Virus record (IMG/VR): IMGVR_UViG_3300036770_006511
Span: 1 to 64,000 of that record
From: a virus
Direction: 5' to 3' (one strand)
Length of the DNA: 64,000 nt
In this document: one piece after another, positions 9,682-19,713 of the stretch
Layout of the letters: every line of letters begins with the position of its first letter
How positions within the stretch are numbered: position 1 is the first letter of the stretch
Position numbers and translations under genes: made by a program
Notes under the pieces: model-generated
The model's input: the letters and a program-made list of their open reading frames with translations, nothing else
Told to the model about the DNA's origin: nothing
Databases searched by the model: none

Positions 9682-10800
9682 ATGGCTGTAATACCTGAAC
9701 CCGAAAGAAGTAGAATCTATACCAGACTTCGTCACCAATTAGGTGCCCCACTTCGAGCAGTAGAACTCGAAGATGAAATGCTTGATTCCTTAATGGAGTT
9801 ATCCATTCAGGACTATGAGCAATATACTTTAGATTGGTTAATTGAATCAAATTGGGTCAATTTGGTCAATCTCAATATGAAAGAAAAGTCTGTTGCTCGT
9901 GCTTTAGTTACAAGAACATTTAACTTAGAGGACCAGTTCACTTATGCATATTCCAAAATCGTTGGACTCCAAACTACAGGACCATACGTAATTAAGAAAG
10001 ATTATTTTATTTTAAGTGCAGATACACAATCATATGAAATTCCTGCAGGAAGAGAAGTCAACGAGTTGTTATGGTTTTCGAACCAACCATTTCAAAACTT
10101 AGCTCTTTGGGGGACAACTGACTATGGTTTCGGTGGTTTGGGTTTGGGTGCTAACCAAGCGGGATACGCTCAAATCGGAACTGCTGGTGGTTATTTTATG
10201 ATGAGCGGATTTGATTACCTTATTCGTGCACAAGAAGCTAATATTCTCAACCGCATATTAGGGGGTGCTTTGACCTATAAAATAACTGGTCTTCCCGATG
10301 GTAAAAAACTAATCACTTTATACAACGCACCTGGTTCGAATTTCTCGTTCAGTAATTATTCACAGTATACCGGTAAAGCGGTTTGGTACTGGTACTATGA
10401 TACCGATGGAGATAGTAGAGCACAATGTCTGAAAGACAATCCTGATATTATAAAACTCCCTTCCGATGTCCCTATTGAGGAATTAAGTTGGGAAGATTTG
10501 AACACTCCCGCACAACAATGGGTTAGGAAGTGGTTCACCGCTTACGCTAAAGAAACTTTATCAAGAGTCAGAGGTAAGTTTTCAGGAAACCTCAAAACAC
10601 CTGACTCAGAATTACAGATGGATTATCAATCTTTGGCTACCGAGTCAAAAGATGAAAAATCTAAGTTAGAGGAGGAATTGAAATTGAGATTAGAAAGACT
10701 TCGTCCTGAAAAACAAATGGAAAAAGAAGCACTTCTTGCTGAGAATTTGAATAAACAAATGAGATTTAGGGCCATGCCACGTCAAATTTACGTAATATAA
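9682..10800 (+). CDS. Neck protein (T4 gp13-like head-tail adaptor)
   Basis: LRHQLGAPLRAVELEDEMLD..SIQDYEQY resembles the gp13 N-terminus; C-terminal WVRKWFTAYAKETLSRVRGKF. Confidence 0.8.
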   Translation: MAVIPEPERSRIYTRLRHQLGAPLRAVELEDEMLDSLMELSIQDYEQYTLDWLIESNWVNLVNLNMKEKSVARALVTRTFNLEDQFTYAYSKIVGLQTTGPYVIKKDYFILSADTQSYEIPAGREVNELLWFSNQPFQNLALWGTTDYGFGGLGLGANQAGYAQIGTAGGYFMMSGFDYLIRAQEANILNRILGGALTYKITGLPDGKKLITLYNAPGSNFSFSNYSQYTGKAVWYWYYDTDGDSRAQCLKDNPDIIKLPSDVPIEELSWEDLNTPAQQWVRKWFTAYAKETLSRVRGKFSGNLKTPDSELQMDYQSLATESKDEKSKLEEELKLRLERLRPEKQMEKEALLAENLNKQMRFRAMPRQIYVI

Positions 10801-10801
10801 T

Positions 10802-11182
10802 ATGAGTGAAGTTGAAGATAAATTTGGTTTGATGTTTGAATTTTTCTTAAAGAATATAAACAAACCTTTTAGTGAATTCAAAAGACCTCGTGTTATTTTG
10901 GATTATGAAAAAACAGGGGGAATTCTTTCGTACGATATTTTCATGGAAATTAATGGTGACGATTACGATGGAATAGAATACGAAACTTTTTTGGATGAAA
11001 TCAAAGAAGTTGGTGATTTTCTTTATTCTTTTTTCTCAGATTATTCAATTAACAAGTCGGGTAAACTCACGAAAGAAAAAGACTCAACAAGTTTTGTGGG
11101 TGTCGTTTTGGAACAATTGAGAACAAGTAATGACCAAGCAGGATTTTCTTCAAGGTGGATGATAAGAGTAGAACCAAAATAA
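10802..11182 (+). CDS. Hypothetical protein
   Basis: 126-aa ORF tightly packed in the operon. Confidence 0.6.
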   Translation: MSEVEDKFGLMFEFFLKNINKPFSEFKRPRVILDYEKTGGILSYDIFMEINGDDYDGIEYETFLDEIKEVGDFLYSFFSDYSINKSGKLTKEKDSTSFVGVVLEQLRTSNDQAGFSSRWMIRVEPK

Positions 11183-11188
11183 AAAAAT

Positions 11189-11524
11189 ATGTCAGTAATT
11201 AAAAATACCCCATCGCAAAGAGTAATTAACGGAAAGGTTATTACAACATCAGAAACATCCGTTGTTTCAGAACCATTTTACGAAACACACGGAGAAGCGT
11301 GTATTGTAATTAGAGGAGTACCTCAAGCCAAAGTTCGTTTAGATAGTATATCAACGGACCACACCGTCATTAAAGCAATGACCAAAGTCTTGATAATTCC
11401 CGATGTGGGAAAAATCGATGAAGATTACGATGAAATCTTAATTGACAAGGGTGCTTGTGTTGAGTTCAGATTCTGTGCCGGTGTTTGGTACATTATCTCT
11501 TCTGATGGACTCAAGCAGTCGTAA
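11189..11524 (+). CDS. Hypothetical beta-rich protein, possibly structural
   Basis: 111-aa ORF with A-rich leader. Confidence 0.6.
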   Translation: MSVIKNTPSQRVINGKVITTSETSVVSEPFYETHGEACIVIRGVPQAKVRLDSISTDHTVIKAMTKVLIIPDVGKIDEDYDEILIDKGACVEFRFCAGVWYIISSDGLKQS

Positions 11525-11798
11525 TAGGAATTTCTCCTAAATCTTTGATTTTAATACTTCTAATCCCTGTGGTTCCCTGAGCCAAAGAACTGAACGCTCC
11601 CACGCTAGAGAAGTATTCAAAAAGATAGAAAAGAAAATCATTCAGAACTAAATCAGGTCGAGTGATAGTAACACCAATATGTTCAGGTGAAAACTCACGA
11701 GTAGGTTTACCGACCATATTTTTAGTTCCTTTACGGATTAACCAAAAATCCGCATCGGGATTGTTGACTTGGAGATTAACTATGTCTTTCAGTTTCAT
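11511..11798 (-). CDS. Small protein resembling part of a type I R-M specificity subunit target-recognition domain
   Basis: Likely start ATG 11798 (MKLKDIV); FLFYLF..G..AQGTT..IKIKDLGEIPI resembles the HsdS TRD C-terminal pattern; TATTTAC directly upstream. Confidence 0.5.
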   Translation of the reverse strand: MKLKDIVNLQVNNPDADFWLIRKGTKNMVGKPTREFSPEHIGVTITRPDLVLNDFLFYLFEYFSSVGAFSSLAQGTTGIRSIKIKDLGEIPITTA

Positions 11799-14577
11799 AA
11801 TGGTAAATATACCGCTCCCAACCCTCTTCCGCCAAATCATACATATAATTTGGTGAAAGACCTCGTTTTTCCCAATATTTTACCTCACCGTCTGACATAG
11901 TCATAACTTCATCCAACTCATCTTGGTCACCAGGTCCCATCGGGTAACCATTGATAAGTTCACACTGACTAGCGGTGAAAATCCCCATATCCTCAGGATT
12001 ATTCACAAGAAGACCCTCACGAATTTCATCTTTAAAACAAATCAACAAAGGTTCAATACGTTTGTTGAATGTTGTAATTGCACGAGCAACATTGTAATCA
12101 CCCGTCATATCAGGGTTCTTTTCAAGTTCATCGGTATCCAAGATGTAACAATTCAGTTTTACATATGAAGGAATGTCCACAAGAACTTCACCAGTTTTCT
12201 CAAAATGTTTTTTCTTCTGTAACTCTGAGTATTTCTTAGCAGGTACTTTCTGTACGTCACCGTGAGATGCTTTCTCACCATTGTTGACGTACATAATCAT
12301 ATCACCCAAGTTCACATTCATTTTGTGTTCAATAGCAAGTTCCATATGTGCTTGACGAGACATCAAAGAACCCGCTTTGGTGGTCTGAGTACAACGGACT
12401 TTGTAATCCTCGAGGGTCTGTTTAACCTTGGCTTTTTGGGCAATCTGAGCGAGGGGAATTTGATGGTCGTAAATTCTCTCCAAGTATTCATAGTAATAAT
12501 CCACAAACTCCTTACCCTTACCCTCGAGTAACATCTTGATACCTTTGTCCAAGAACTTCTCGATGTAACCGGGTAGTTTCTTCGATTTAATGGAGTTACC
12601 AGTAAGTTTAATCTTACCCTTGTAATCCATAACCGCATAGTTCTTCCGAGCGAGGTTAATACACGATGGCCATACACCATCAGTATCTAACGCCATTTCC
12701 CCCCTCATAAAAAGGTCGTTGTATTCTGCAACATCCGCTTCCGCACCTTCATATACTTTACCGGCTTTTACCTTCCAGTTTAAACCACGACCTACATACG
12801 TACGAGATTTAGCACCCTCAGGAAGTGAAAAGTTTACACCGTCAGTATCCATTACAAGGGGGGTGTAACCTTTAGCCATAAAGAACTTAATCATCTGACG
12901 AAGGTACTGACGACCAGTACAAGTGATTTGTTCCCCCATGTACATATCTCCCCACGCAAACACTTGAGGTGCGGATAGAGCACCGAACATGGAGTTGATG
13001 AAGATTTTAATAGGAAGTTGTTTGTTACCAAAAGATTCGGATTTTTTCCTGTCAATCTCATAATATTCTTCGGCGAGTTGTTTGTACTTGATACGAGTGT
13101 CACGGAAGTACTTGAGCATTCCTTTCATCGCACCTGTTACATCACACGCAGGAAATACATCGTGTACGAGTTGAATAGAGGGGTATAGAGACGAGAAGTC
13201 AAGTTTGAGGACATCCTTTGAGTATCCAACCTTTAAGAGTCGTGAGAGACCTCCTACGAAGTCTGTCTTACTTTGTTTTGCTGGAATTGCAAGATTGTTC
13301 TTGTAACTCCAAGCAAGCATCAACATTTTCCACAGAGTTGCAGTTCCCATTGTAGAAACCCTCTCGTATGTTGTGGGTATCATCGCGGCAAGAAGAAACG
13401 AACCCTGATTGAATTCTTTATCTACTTTAAGAGTTTCCTCCAAGTCATCCTGAAGGTAACGTTCCACAATGTCGGCTCCGTTAGTTAGAAGATATGTGTC
13501 AGGGAATTTTACATCCAAATCCAAAAACTCACCCTTTTTACGATATTCTCCGTTTTTGAGATTCAACCAATATTCTTGTTTCTCGGTATACATCTTACCA
13601 ATACTGTCGTGGTTGATGTACACTCGGTCAGGTTCCTTAGCATTGATGAACTCAGAGATATACTTAAGACCTGCGGATTTAATTGATGAGTTAATTGCTT
13701 GAGCACGTCTAACAGCATGGATAATGTCAATTACATTATATCCCCAAATCGAAGTCTGCATAAAATCCTCAACTTCGTTCGCAAGTTTGAGCATGTTCTT
13801 TTTCTGAGAAATAGAATGTTGAGGGTGCAGAGACTTGCAGACCTTTCTAATGTCAATCCCCAAAATACGGGAACGTTCGAACAACCAATACCAGTCGAAG
13901 TTTGCTGAGTTGTAACCCCCAATAATACTTGGTTTGAGTTCATTGATGATGTTGAAAAATTCGACAATACCCTTGACCTCATCTTCTTCGTTGATACATT
14001 CGATAATCTTATTGAATCCCTTGTTGGTACGAATACCAATCATAAAGATTCTACCATCTTTGGGTTCTAACGAAGTGGTCTCCAAGTCATATACCAATCG
14101 AGTTACGTCATCGTAATCTTCGTAACCTTTAAAGAGACGTTTTTCTTTTGAGATAAAGTATTGTTCAACGGGGGGAAGAATAAGAATCTTGTCTCGAAAC
14201 TTATCACCCCAAGGGTCTGCACCACCCTCACGGAAAAATTGAATTAGATGACGATAACCCTTGAGTGATTTAACCATAAAGGTTAAACCTTTTTCCATTC
14301 TCTCATCACCGTGGGTGTCAAGTTTGGTGATAACAATACCGTGTTTGGTCATTGCCTCTTTTTGTAACCCTTTGGAATTTTGATAAAATCCCATGTTACG
14401 AAGGTCACCAACCCAACAGAAGGGGGTAAAGGTATCTTTTCGAATCTCCTTTCCTTTACCGGGTATTTCTTTGATTTTATAAATGGAGTCTGATGCGTAG
14501 TCAAATTCACAGGCTACGATAAATTCTTCAGGGTCGTTACCCTCCAAGAATGACTTGATAGTTTCTTCGTCAATCAT
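11776..14577 (-). CDS. polB: Family B DNA polymerase
   Basis: Exo motifs YDLET and GYNSANFD; polymerase motifs DFSSLYPS, KIFINSMFG, MDTDG, KNYA. Confidence 0.95.
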   Translation of the reverse strand: MIDEETIKSFLEGNDPEEFIVACEFDYASDSIYKIKEIPGKGKEIRKDTFTPFCWVGDLRNMGFYQNSKGLQKEAMTKHGIVITKLDTHGDERMEKGLTFMVKSLKGYRHLIQFFREGGADPWGDKFRDKILILPPVEQYFISKEKRLFKGYEDYDDVTRLVYDLETTSLEPKDGRIFMIGIRTNKGFNKIIECINEEDEVKGIVEFFNIINELKPSIIGGYNSANFDWYWLFERSRILGIDIRKVCKSLHPQHSISQKKNMLKLANEVEDFMQTSIWGYNVIDIIHAVRRAQAINSSIKSAGLKYISEFINAKEPDRVYINHDSIGKMYTEKQEYWLNLKNGEYRKKGEFLDLDVKFPDTYLLTNGADIVERYLQDDLEETLKVDKEFNQGSFLLAAMIPTTYERVSTMGTATLWKMLMLAWSYKNNLAIPAKQSKTDFVGGLSRLLKVGYSKDVLKLDFSSLYPSIQLVHDVFPACDVTGAMKGMLKYFRDTRIKYKQLAEEYYEIDRKKSESFGNKQLPIKIFINSMFGALSAPQVFAWGDMYMGEQITCTGRQYLRQMIKFFMAKGYTPLVMDTDGVNFSLPEGAKSRTYVGRGLNWKVKAGKVYEGAEADVAEYNDLFMRGEMALDTDGVWPSCINLARKNYAVMDYKGKIKLTGNSIKSKKLPGYIEKFLDKGIKMLLEGKGKEFVDYYYEYLERIYDHQIPLAQIAQKAKVKQTLEDYKVRCTQTTKAGSLMSRQAHMELAIEHKMNVNLGDMIMYVNNGEKASHGDVQKVPAKKYSELQKKKHFEKTGEVLVDIPSYVKLNCYILDTDELEKNPDMTGDYNVARAITTFNKRIEPLLICFKDEIREGLLVNNPEDMGIFTASQCELINGYPMGPGDQDELDEVMTMSDGEVKYWEKRGLSPNYMYDLAEEGWERYIYHYETERHS

Positions 14578-14647
14578 ATTTTAAAATTTTCCGAGTGACA
14601 CATTATCTTCTACACAAAGTAGAGTTTGTCTTGCTCATTCAATGATA

Positions 14648-14676
14648 AATATAAAAGACTGTGGGGGTCTTGTCAA
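14648..14676 (-). promoter_or_regulatory. Sigma70-like promoter TTGACA-N17-TATATT for polB, overlapping TATTTAT (14645-14651)
   Basis: Minus strand reads TTGACA agacccccacagtcttt TATATT tatc. Confidence 0.65.
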
Positions 14677-14677
14677 A

Positions 14678-15076
14678 CTAGCAACACGCTTGTTCCGAAA
14701 TAAAACTATCTTCGATATTGATGTACAATTCTTCTCGTATAGGAACAATCAAACTCCCTGATTGAGTTCCGAGTAAACCACTATTCTTAATTAGGAACTG
14801 ACCTTGGTATCTTCCTGGAGTGTCGGTCTGTCTTGAGGTAAATTGATAATAGATATAATATTCAGTGGGAGCACCTGGTTCATTGGGAATCAAACTCACA
14901 ATAGAACAAGGGGCTCCCACAATTTTGGGAATTCCGGTCTTCACATCGGTCATCGAAAAGAAAATGGTTGAGAGTTCCAAAAACTCCATAGTATCACCAT
15001 AACTACTCCTACCGTCCTGAACAACCTGCATCTTCAATACAGGTAAAGTTGCGTTTTTTCTAATAAAGAATTCCAT
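14678..15076 (-). CDS. Putative baseplate/fibre attachment protein (BppU N-terminal-like)
   Basis: FFIRKNATLPVL..YYQFTSRQTDTPGRYQGQF..LIVP pattern; TATTTAT at 15083-15089. Confidence 0.5.
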   Translation of the reverse strand: MEFFIRKNATLPVLKMQVVQDGRSSYGDTMEFLELSTIFFSMTDVKTGIPKIVGAPCSIVSLIPNEPGAPTEYYIYYQFTSRQTDTPGRYQGQFLIKNSGLLGTQSGSLIVPIREELYINIEDSFISEQACC

Positions 15077-15094
15077 ACAAAGATAAATACTTTG

Positions 15095-16765
15095 TTAGGA
15101 CTCTTTTCTTAACTTTCCGTCGTAGAATTCAAATCTATCATGTTCAGTGGGTGTTGCAAAAAGTAATGCGGACTTGATATTACCCTTTTTACCTTCCTGA
15201 TAAATGTAACTCATCCAAGTTTGTTCGAATGGTCTATCCCATTTGGTTGTTAGGAACATTTTTTCATTTCCGTGACGTGTTACCACTTGAGGCCAGTTAC
15301 AATAATAAACCTCACCTACACCATAAGCCAAACCTTTGTACGAACGAACTTCAGTGAACTTTGTTCTTGGAGCATTTGGGTCAAGTCCCTGAACGGGTAG
15401 TGTTGGTTTTTCGGGCCAATATTCTTCCCTAATACTCTGAGGTACATTGTACCAAGACCATTGAGTTCCATTGTCTCCATAAAATTCCGTGAAATTCATC
15501 TTCAAGAAATCCAAGGATTGGTCTTTAGCAATTTGGATGACTTTGTTGTATAGATTGGGAATGTGTCTTATAAAACCATTCTTACAAGTTTCGTTCTCTC
15601 CATTGTAAAAGAACATGTCGTCTTCAAAAAACCAATAGAAGTCGAATTTGTTTTCTTGGGCGTGTTCGGCAATCCATTGTCTACCACCACAAATACCTAA
15701 GTTATCTTTCTTGATGTGTTCGAAACCATGTTGTTCACATAATTCCAAATATCTTTCAGTTGTTGTTAAATCAGAGGAGTTGTCCAACAAAAACTTCTTT
15801 GGTCTTTCCAAGAAATTCTTATCGTAGATTTCCATAGATTTAATTAAAGTTTCAAACTGATTGGGACTATTAAATGTAATTACGTACAGAGCAGCGTTGT
15901 TGATGTTCAAATCCGAATAAGTGGTTTTCCCTGCAGTGTTTTTGATTTTGTGAGTACCGTTTTTCACATCCTCACAAAATTTACCAATCAAACCGTTAGA
16001 TTCAATTTCGTAATAATCAAAAAGGTCGGGGTGTCGGTACAACAAAATACTGAAAAGAGATTCTTCAGTTCCCATGAAACCATCAGACAAAGTTTGATTC
16101 ATCACATTGTAATACAAACCATTTACGTCATTAATTGCATCTTTTCTACCTCCGAAAATTCCTCCACGACAAACTAACTTTACGTGATTTCCCGCGTAGT
16201 TATTTATCTTTGGGTAACTGAACCCATGGATTTCTCTTTCAGCGTTATACGGAAAAGCAATGAAACCAAAATTGTTGAACAACTTATCAAATTTGTGATG
16301 AATTTTGTCGTGAGTAAAATAACCTGGGTGAACGGTGTTTGTAATTCCTGCGTCAATCCAAAATAAATGGGTAGAATCGAAAGAATCAAAAATTCTGGCA
16401 TCATTCAGTAAAAACATTTTGGACATCACAAGTGGATTATACATTTCCAATCTTGCTTGAGTTGATTCGGGTAACCAACCTGATTGATTATACCAATCAG
16501 GATTTGTTCTTATTTGCTGTATTCTATCGTAGAAATTACTTTTAAACCATTCTTGACTCCGAGTAATAAATTGAGTCTTCGATTTGTCTCGTCTTTGCCA
16601 AATAAAATTTTCCAAATCAGAATCACCAAAAATAATTAGATTGGCATCGATTTGTAAAAGTTGTTCGAATTTATCTAAATAGTGTTGGAAAGAACGAGAC
16701 CACCCTTCTTGTAATTCATCTCGTTTTATGTTCCAAAGTCCTGTTACAAATGTTACGTTATTCAT
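15095..16765 (-). CDS. HtrL/YibB (WlaTC)-like glycosyltransferase fused to a GT-A domain
   Basis: TFVTGLWNIKR, YNPLVMSK, FWIDAG, GGIFGG, GTEE; second domain NLGICGGRQ..FFEDD. Confidence 0.7.
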   Translation of the reverse strand: MNNVTFVTGLWNIKRDELQEGWSRSFQHYLDKFEQLLQIDANLIIFGDSDLENFIWQRRDKSKTQFITRSQEWFKSNFYDRIQQIRTNPDWYNQSGWLPESTQARLEMYNPLVMSKMFLLNDARIFDSFDSTHLFWIDAGITNTVHPGYFTHDKIHHKFDKLFNNFGFIAFPYNAEREIHGFSYPKINNYAGNHVKLVCRGGIFGGRKDAINDVNGLYYNVMNQTLSDGFMGTEESLFSILLYRHPDLFDYYEIESNGLIGKFCEDVKNGTHKIKNTAGKTTYSDLNINNAALYVITFNSPNQFETLIKSMEIYDKNFLERPKKFLLDNSSDLTTTERYLELCEQHGFEHIKKDNLGICGGRQWIAEHAQENKFDFYWFFEDDMFFYNGENETCKNGFIRHIPNLYNKVIQIAKDQSLDFLKMNFTEFYGDNGTQWSWYNVPQSIREEYWPEKPTLPVQGLDPNAPRTKFTEVRSYKGLAYGVGEVYYCNWPQVVTRHGNEKMFLTTKWDRPFEQTWMSYIYQEGKKGNIKSALLFATPTEHDRFEFYDGKLRKES

Positions 16766-17639
16766 AAATTCTATTAAATTCTTCTAATATTCGATAAAAA
16801 CTTTTTTTATCTTGATAATATGAAATATCCAAATCTCTTGGTCCAGAGTCAGGACACCACCAAATATCGAATTCTTTAGTTTCAAACAATTCTTTGTGAT
16901 TGACCCTCATTAAGGACATTATGTGTTCTTCGTGTGGTAAACCTCTGTCTTCGGTCATTATTTTTTGTAAATAATCCTCAAAAATGTTTACAACATTATC
17001 CCATTTTGATTTGTGTCCACCAAACATTCCACCAATGACATGACGACTTGGGTCATAATCTGTATACCACTTTCGATGGACTGTCCCTGACCAATAATAA
17101 TTTACATTTTCTTTTGCTAATAACAAAAATTTATCACCAGTATCTTCTATAACGTTTTTCAAAAACTCATTGTTGAACAAAGATGACTCATAATATCTTC
17201 TTTCGGAACCTGTACTGTTCAAATATTTGTTGGGGATTAAACCCGTGTGAGATAAGCCAGCATCTATCCAGTAATAATAATCATATGATTTATCCTCATT
17301 CCACCACCAATGAAACTTAGAATATTGAATCTCAACACATCTGTCACCTCTTTTTGTTTCTTCAACATTTTTCACTTCATTTATTAAATCAAAAAATTTT
17401 GTTTTGGAAATGTCAAAAATTTCGAATTTTAATCTATTTTCATCAATATGGTGGTCAGAATAAAAAAAGTTTTTCAACAATTCGATTTCTCTTTCGGAAG
17501 TGTAACATAAAAAATCTGCGTCGGTAATTTTTAACAAGGAAAGTAAACTCCAACGGTAATGACCACCTCTTGAAGCTCTACCACCGAATTCGGTACCTGA
17601 CAAATCACTATAAATACAGGTTATAAATTTAGTTGACAT
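16758..17639 (-). CDS. HtrL/YibB-like putative glycosyltransferase
   Basis: SKF..YWIDAGL..IGGMFGG..HEE parallels the neighbouring gene. Confidence 0.6.
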   Translation of the reverse strand: MSTKFITCIYSDLSGTEFGGRASRGGHYRWSLLSLLKITDADFLCYTSEREIELLKNFFYSDHHIDENRLKFEIFDISKTKFFDLINEVKNVEETKRGDRCVEIQYSKFHWWWNEDKSYDYYYWIDAGLSHTGLIPNKYLNSTGSERRYYESSLFNNEFLKNVIEDTGDKFLLLAKENVNYYWSGTVHRKWYTDYDPSRHVIGGMFGGHKSKWDNVVNIFEDYLQKIMTEDRGLPHEEHIMSLMRVNHKELFETKEFDIWWCPDSGPRDLDISYYQDKKSFYRILEEFNRIYE

Positions 17640-18372
17640 CGATAGTTTCTTTAATCATTTGGTCTCTTTTTTGTTTATTTAACTCTGCGTTACAAAAAAC
17701 ACTTGGAATTTTAGTGGGACTAAACAAATTCCAATTGTAGGTTTGAAGATAAAAATTATTATAATTTCCTTGTGATATATCTGACCAATCATTCCCTTGA
17801 GTACAAATGGGTACCACCGGACAGTAACTTTGATATTTTTGTACCACAAACTGAAAAGTGTAATCATCTAACGCATAATAAAAATCACCACTCTGAAACG
17901 CAACATCGGAAATTTTAAACATTTCATCGTAAATTTTTTCATCGTAAATAATCATATTTGCCGCGTAGATATCCCTGTGATTAGGGTCTTGTTTCTCGGG
18001 AAGATTTGTTATATCTAAAAGAAGAGGATATTTTTCAGACTTGTTAACATGACGATTTAAAGTTGGTGACAAGTTCAAGACCGCATATTCAACATCTTCT
18101 ATTTGAGAATTAAGTTTTTCCACAAAATCAGTTGCGTATGGCATGATTTCACAATCATCCTCCATAATCATAACTTTTTTGTAACCTCTTTCTTTTGCAA
18201 TCTGAATAATTGCCAACTGAGATTTTGTAATTCCCATATATGAATTTGTGTCAATTGCTTCAAAGACTTCATAATCCCAACCCAAGTATTCCATTTGTTT
18301 TTGGAATCGTTCTAGTCGGTCAGGTCGTCTTTTTAAATTGACAACAAATTTTGGTATATCTTGTATTCTCAT
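17629..18372 (-). CDS. Glycosyltransferase family 25
   Basis: FVVNLKRRPDRL, GITKSQ, IMEDD. Confidence 0.8.
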   Translation of the reverse strand: MRIQDIPKFVVNLKRRPDRLERFQKQMEYLGWDYEVFEAIDTNSYMGITKSQLAIIQIAKERGYKKVMIMEDDCEIMPYATDFVEKLNSQIEDVEYAVLNLSPTLNRHVNKSEKYPLLLDITNLPEKQDPNHRDIYAANMIIYDEKIYDEMFKISDVAFQSGDFYYALDDYTFQFVVQKYQSYCPVVPICTQGNDWSDISQGNYNNFYLQTYNWNLFSPTKIPSVFCNAELNKQKRDQMIKETIDVN

Positions 18373-18373
18373 C

Positions 18374-19624
18374 TTACAAATTTCCCGTTAAACGGTCACA
18401 CCATCCTTTTGATTCCGAGTGTGGCCAAACAACCCAATATGTTGGTTTTTGTGTGGTTTGAAATTCTCTCCAAATTTTACAATACTTATCGGGGTCATTC
18501 ATCATACGATTGATTTCTGCCTTATCCGCATCTTTTCTGAACAAAGTACTATCATCTGACCCGTGGAAAGCAACCACCCAAAAGTCATAATCTTTTTCGG
18601 GAACACTTGCATAACCAACATCAATACAATGTTTAAACACTTGTGCAAAATCTTTTTTCCAATCCTCTTCAGTTTCATAATTGTAAGGATTCGGTGGGTA
18701 GTGTTTATCTAACGTATATTGTTGAACTGCACGATTTTCAAAAAGAATTCCTGCATATTTTTCGTAATCTCTAAGAGTTCTTTCAGTACCGAAACCAAAT
18801 GGACCATCATGACCCTCTTGAGTTTCACCATCCATCCCAAAAAGTTTTCTATTAGTAAGGTGTGATTTGTTATTTTTATCCACCCATTGTTTGTCATCGT
18901 CCCATTGTTTGGTTCTACCCTTTCGTGTATATTCGTGCCAAATCAAAACTTTATGGGGGTGAAATAAATCGTAACCCCAAGTATATGCTCTCGCAGCGAT
19001 TGAGATTTCTTCACCGTGGAAATAGTATTCAGGATTATGTTGAACTTCAGTAGAAAACTGACCAACAGTGAATGCGTAGTGAGCTGAATAAAATCTTGCG
19101 GGAATAGGCTCTTTCAGTTCCTTCCAACCAGGAATAGTTTCAGGTAGAAAGAAAACAGCTCCTTCAGGAATAAAACGGTCAAATACCATTCTCCACGGTT
19201 CCTGAACTCTACCAGCGGGGTCGTTATCAGGGTCAAAAGATGAAACATAACCTGTCAGCAAAGGTTTTTTATGCCCCTTCTTCTGAAGTTGTTTAATCAT
19301 TTTAATCATCTCGTCATCCCAATTCGGTGCAAAACGCATGTGAGAATCGATTTGCATTGTGTATTCCTCATCCTCGTACAATTGTTGAGTCAAATTACGA
19401 GCCCAACAAACTCCCTTCGAATCTTGATAAGGTATGTCTAAAATTCTAAATCTTTTATCTTTAACAAATTCCGTCAAATCGTCAAACTTGTCTTCGGGGT
19501 GAAATTGACGAGCAATACCAAATCGTAAATTCTTAGGTCGTTTGGCATTGACAATCATATCTCTTAACGTGTGAATTAATTGCGGGTCTCTATACGAGGC
19601 AATCTGAACAAATATTTTCATCAA
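18374..19624 (-). CDS. GT60-like polypeptide / Skp1-hydroxyproline alpha-GlcNAc transferase
   Basis: IFVQIASYRD, GVCWAR, QIDSHMRF..WD, YFHGEE, TWGYDLFHP..WHEY match Gnt1/OGNT (GT60) motifs. Confidence 0.8.
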   Translation of the reverse strand: MMKIFVQIASYRDPQLIHTLRDMIVNAKRPKNLRFGIARQFHPEDKFDDLTEFVKDKRFRILDIPYQDSKGVCWARNLTQQLYEDEEYTMQIDSHMRFAPNWDDEMIKMIKQLQKKGHKKPLLTGYVSSFDPDNDPAGRVQEPWRMVFDRFIPEGAVFFLPETIPGWKELKEPIPARFYSAHYAFTVGQFSTEVQHNPEYYFHGEEISIAARAYTWGYDLFHPHKVLIWHEYTRKGRTKQWDDDKQWVDKNNKSHLTNRKLFGMDGETQEGHDGPFGFGTERTLRDYEKYAGILFENRAVQQYTLDKHYPPNPYNYETEEDWKKDFAQVFKHCIDVGYASVPEKDYDFWVVAFHGSDDSTLFRKDADKAEINRMMNDPDKYCKIWREFQTTQKPTYWVVWPHSESKGWCDRLTGNL

Positions 19625-19683
19625 ATAATAATTTTAAACAAAAAATAAACACAACACAGATAAACTGAATAATCTTTTATAAC

Positions 19684-19709
19684 AAAAAACCCCTCACTAA
19701 GGAGGGGTC
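19684..19709 (-). terminator. Rho-independent terminator after the Thr-Pro gene block
   Basis: Minus strand ACCCCTC-cttagt-GAGGGGT followed by TTTTT. Confidence 0.8.
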
Positions 19710-19713
19710 TAAT

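Noticed and set aside
12670-12860. Two DTDG motifs in PolB suggesting a duplicated active site or intein
   Set aside because: The second (ALDTDGVW) sits where the usual ExE motif lies; length is normal and no intein or homing-endonuclease motifs were seen
5948-19624. Eukaryotic giant virus origin suggested by SET, SNF2, GT60 and PolB
   Set aside because: Tail sheath, gp13-like neck, gp23-like capsid, sigma factor and Rho-independent terminators indicate a tailed bacteriophage
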